Shown: positions 44,612 to 47,670 of the stretch, piece after piece
Layout of the letters: each line of letters starts with the position of its first letter
Position numbering within the stretch: the first letter of the stretch is position 1
Assembly (NCBI GenBank): GCA_964594615.1
Contig: CAZQNZ010000003.1
Coordinates: 1-47,670 of the forward strand
Origin: an uncultured Planctomycetia bacterium
GTDB taxonomy: Bacteria; Planctomycetota; MHYJ01; CAYXQY01
Reading direction: 5' to 3'
Length of the DNA: 47,670 bases
Made by a program: the position numbers and the translations under genes
The notes under the pieces: generated by a model
What the model was told of the DNA's origin: nothing
Database searches by the model: none
The model's input: only the letters and a program-made list of their open reading frames with translations

Positions 44612-47047
44612 ATGGCTGAAACGATACAGGAAATGAGGGATCAACTCCCGAAACCGCTTCGCGAGCGCACTCGTGTTCGAACCGGTGGATCTCTCCGTCC
44701 CGGCAAACGGGTGGTATACTGGATGCGGAACGCGGCGCGGGGCCACGAAAATCCCGCGCTGGAGGTCTGTCTTCGTCTGGCGAATCGGCTGGACCATCCC
44801 CCGCTGGTGCTGCATGCCGTCACGTCGATGTATCCGTACGCCTCGGACCGGCATCACCTGTTTCAGCTGCAGGGGGCCCGGGACGTGGCCGATGAGCTGG
44901 AGAATCGGAGCATTCCATACGCGCTGTTCGTGCAGAAAGAGAAAGAGGAGTTGCCTTTCAGGGAGCTCCTCCGCGACAGTGCCGCGCTGGTGGTGGAAGA
45001 TCTGCATGTCAAACCGTTTTCACGCTGGGGGCCCGCGCTGGGTGATGTGATGGATACCCCGGTCCTTGCGGTGGACACCGACTGCATCGTGCCGGTGACC
45101 CTGCCGGACGAATATCACGATCGTGCTTACAAATTTCGCAACGCCACGGAAGAGGCGCGTGAACGACGGATTGATCACGAATGGACCGCGCAAACACCGG
45201 ATCATAAGGACGTGAGTGTCGATCAGCTGGAGTTCCAGCCGGTTGAGCCCCGGGATACGGATCTGCTGGAGCTGATACAGGACTGTGACATCGATCACGG
45301 GGTGGGGCCCGTTCCGCACCGGACGGGGGGATCGGAGGCCGGGTACCGGCGGTGGAACGCGTTCCGGGAGGAAGGACTGGAGACGTATCACCAGCGGCGA
45401 AACGACCCCGCACAGCCGGAATCCGTGAGCCGGCTCTCGCCGTATCTGCACTACGGGCATGTGTCGCCGTTTCGCGTGGCGCGGGAAGCACACGAACGTG
45501 CGTCGGACGGATCGGACAAATTTATCGATGAGCTGATCACCTGGCGTGAGCTGGCTCACCACTACTGTTTTCACCACGAGGATTACAACAAATACAGCGG
45601 CCTGCCGAACTGGGCGAGGAAGACCTTGCGAAAACACCGGAACGACGATCGTGAGACGGTGTACGACTGGGATACACTGGCCCGGGCCCGCACCGGCGAC
45701 CGGCTGTGGGACCTCTGCCAGCAGTCCCTTCTGACGCACGGAGAACTGCACAACAACGTGCGTATGACCTGGGCGAAACAGTTGCTGAAGTGGACCGATG
45801 CCCCCGAGCGGGCCCTCCGCATCGCAATCGACCTGAACAACCGCTACGCCCTTGACGGTCGAGACCCCAATTCCTACGGCGGGATCCTGTGGTGTTTCGG
45901 TCTGTTTGATCGACCGTATGACACGGACCGGAAGGTGATCGGTCAGGTTCGTCCCCGGACGACGGACTGGCACGCGAACCGACTGGACCTGGAGGGGTTT
46001 GAAACGCACGTGCGAAGACCGCTCACCGGCTCCAGTGTGTCCGTCGGCGTGGTTGGAGCGGGAATCACGGGAGCTACTGCTACTCGTATTTTACGTAATC
46101 ATGGCGTGCCCGTCGATGTCTATGAAAAGGCCCGCGGCAGCGGCGGCCGGTGCTCCACGCGGCGGGTGGAGCGGGAGGATGGACCCTGGTTTTACTTCGA
46201 CCACGGGGCCCAGTACTTCACCGCTCGATCCCCCGTTTTTCGTCGATTCGTCCAGTCCGCCCTCCGTCGCGAAGAAATCTCCGACTGGGCTCCGGACCTC
46301 GGTGTGCTGGAAAAGGGGGACATTCAGCCGATTCAGAGCGACACCCGCCGATTTGTGGCCGTGCCGGGAAACAGCACGCTGACGGATCTGTTACTGGACG
46401 ACGTGACGCCGGCGTATGGGGAGCGCGTGCAATCGGTGCGCCTGCAGGACGACGCTCCTTTTATACGGGATGAAGACGGACAGGAAGCGTCGTACGACGC
46501 CGTGATCGTCACGGCGCCACCGAAACAAAGCGCAGAGATGGTGAAGCGGGACTGGCCGCAATTGAGCGATGCCTGTTTGCAGGTGAAGATGGTGCCCGTC
46601 TGGGCGCTGCTTCTTGGTTTTGATTCGCCCGTTCCGGTGGATCAGGATGCGGTGTTTCTCGAGACGAATGCACTGCGCTGGACGGCCCGGAACTCGTCAA
46701 AACCCGGTCGCTCCGGCGGGGAGAGCTGGGTGGTGCACGCCACGTCCTCCTGGACCGCCCGCCACCTGGAGGAGAACCCGAAAACGGTGGCCACTCACCT
46801 GCTGAATAGATGGAGAGAGGCCCTTCACCTGCCCTCGGATCTTGAGCCTGCATACGCCCGAGCTCATCGCTGGCGATACGCCCGCGCGGAGGTGCCGGGG
46901 GACCGGACGGTTCTTCAGTCCGGCGGCGGCAGAGTTGTGGTGGCCGGTGACTGGCTTACGGAGAACCGGGTGGAGGGGGCGTTTAAGAGCGGACGTGTGG
47001 CGGCTTCGCGCGCCCTGCACGAGGTTGTGGGAAGCACGGGTGGTTAA
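44612..47047 (+). CDS. Fusion of a class II CPD photolyase-like domain and a renalase-like FAD/NAD(P)-dependent oxidoreductase
   Basis: YWMR, SRLSPYLHYG, RMTWAK, NNRYALDGRDPNSYGGILWCFG; then VGAGITG, EKARGSGGRCSTRR, FDHGAQYF, HRWRYA, AGDW..RVEGA..SG. Confidence 0.92.
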   Translation: MAETIQEMRDQLPKPLRERTRVRTGGSLRPGKRVVYWMRNAARGHENPALEVCLRLANRLDHPPLVLHAVTSMYPYASDRHHLFQLQGARDVADELENRSIPYALFVQKEKEELPFRELLRDSAALVVEDLHVKPFSRWGPALGDVMDTPVLAVDTDCIVPVTLPDEYHDRAYKFRNATEEARERRIDHEWTAQTPDHKDVSVDQLEFQPVEPRDTDLLELIQDCDIDHGVGPVPHRTGGSEAGYRRWNAFREEGLETYHQRRNDPAQPESVSRLSPYLHYGHVSPFRVAREAHERASDGSDKFIDELITWRELAHHYCFHHEDYNKYSGLPNWARKTLRKHRNDDRETVYDWDTLARARTGDRLWDLCQQSLLTHGELHNNVRMTWAKQLLKWTDAPERALRIAIDLNNRYALDGRDPNSYGGILWCFGLFDRPYDTDRKVIGQVRPRTTDWHANRLDLEGFETHVRRPLTGSSVSVGVVGAGITGATATRILRNHGVPVDVYEKARGSGGRCSTRRVEREDGPWFYFDHGAQYFTARSPVFRRFVQSALRREEISDWAPDLGVLEKGDIQPIQSDTRRFVAVPGNSTLTDLLLDDVTPAYGERVQSVRLQDDAPFIRDEDGQEASYDAVIVTAPPKQSAEMVKRDWPQLSDACLQVKMVPVWALLLGFDSPVPVDQDAVFLETNALRWTARNSSKPGRSGGESWVVHATSSWTARHLEENPKTVATHLLNRWREALHLPSDLEPAYARAHRWRYARAEVPGDRTVLQSGGGRVVVAGDWLTENRVEGAFKSGRVAASRALHEVVGSTGG

Positions 47048-47670
47048 GGCAGGGTTGGAGGCTCCTCAGGAACTCATTGTATGCCTCTATTCCCGGCCGT
47101 AGCAGGTCGGAGGAATGTAGGTAATTTTCCGCAGGGCGGACTGGAGCTTGAGCTTGCAGGCGGTCGCTCATCCGGCGCTGAAGATGGTCATAATCTCAAA
47201 AGTTCTCCTCGCCAGACGTCGAGACGGACGTGGTTGGTCAGCGGACCTCGCACGGACCCGATTTCACATTCGATTCTCATCAGGGGACACATCGCGGTAC
47301 CGGTGGTTGTTTGACGTGGTTGTCGGTTTCTCTTTCTTCGGCTCGACTGACAGACCCAAGCCCGGACGGGCCCTGGGATGGAGGACCCGAAGAACAGAGG
47401 CACGTTCGCAACGGGTTGCCGGCAGGACAGCGAAGATCGAATGCATCCGACATGGATCTTCTGCTCGCTTGAATGGTTTATAAGATTCCTTTGCAGTCGG
47501 AGACACGCCGGGCCCGATTCAGGGAGGGGAACAGGGCCGTTGGTTCCGCAGACGTGATGACTTAAGATTATCTGTTGTTCTGATGAACATCGAGCCTTGC
47601 GGAGGATCGTGACCATTCGTTCATTTTCGGTTTTCGGCATTTTACCATGCGCTGTGTCATTATCGGAATC

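Noticed and set aside
47048-47670. ORFs at the right edge (e.g. 47188-47640 minus)
   Set aside because: No motif, atypical composition and several competing frames; cannot be supported without downstream sequence.

Overview
A 47.7 kb, GC-rich bacterial chromosomal segment, mostly housekeeping genes: ruvA, ssrA (tmRNA), accB/accC, a tsaC-phosphatase fusion with rpiB, P5C dehydrogenase, dnaA, an FKBP PPIase, ugd, aroF-tyrA, murJ, tRNA-Lys, lipA and a photolyase cluster. Gene content and the acidic cytoplasmic proteins suggest a halophilic, possibly Planctomycetota-like host (inference only). The top finding is a selenoneine-type senA-senB pair at the left edge. Its senB (selenosugar synthase) reading frame is interrupted by one in-frame TGA (1842-1844), at a position I recall often being Cys in homologs, and the TGA is followed by a hairpin fitting the bacterial SECIS consensus. 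This makes it a candidate selenocysteine-containing SenB, although a nonsense mutation or sequencing error is not excluded. Other signals missing from the ORF track are a Phe/Tyr-rich leader peptide ahead of aroF-tyrA, a probable 6S RNA, a four-way-junction RNA candidate ahead of accB, a CTAG-flanked MITE in the photolyase cluster and an inverted REP-like cluster. Several proteins look like pseudoenzymes (NeuB-like, retropepsin-like, receiver domain), and there is a class II photolyase-renalase fusion. All calls come from reading motifs by eye; no searches were run.
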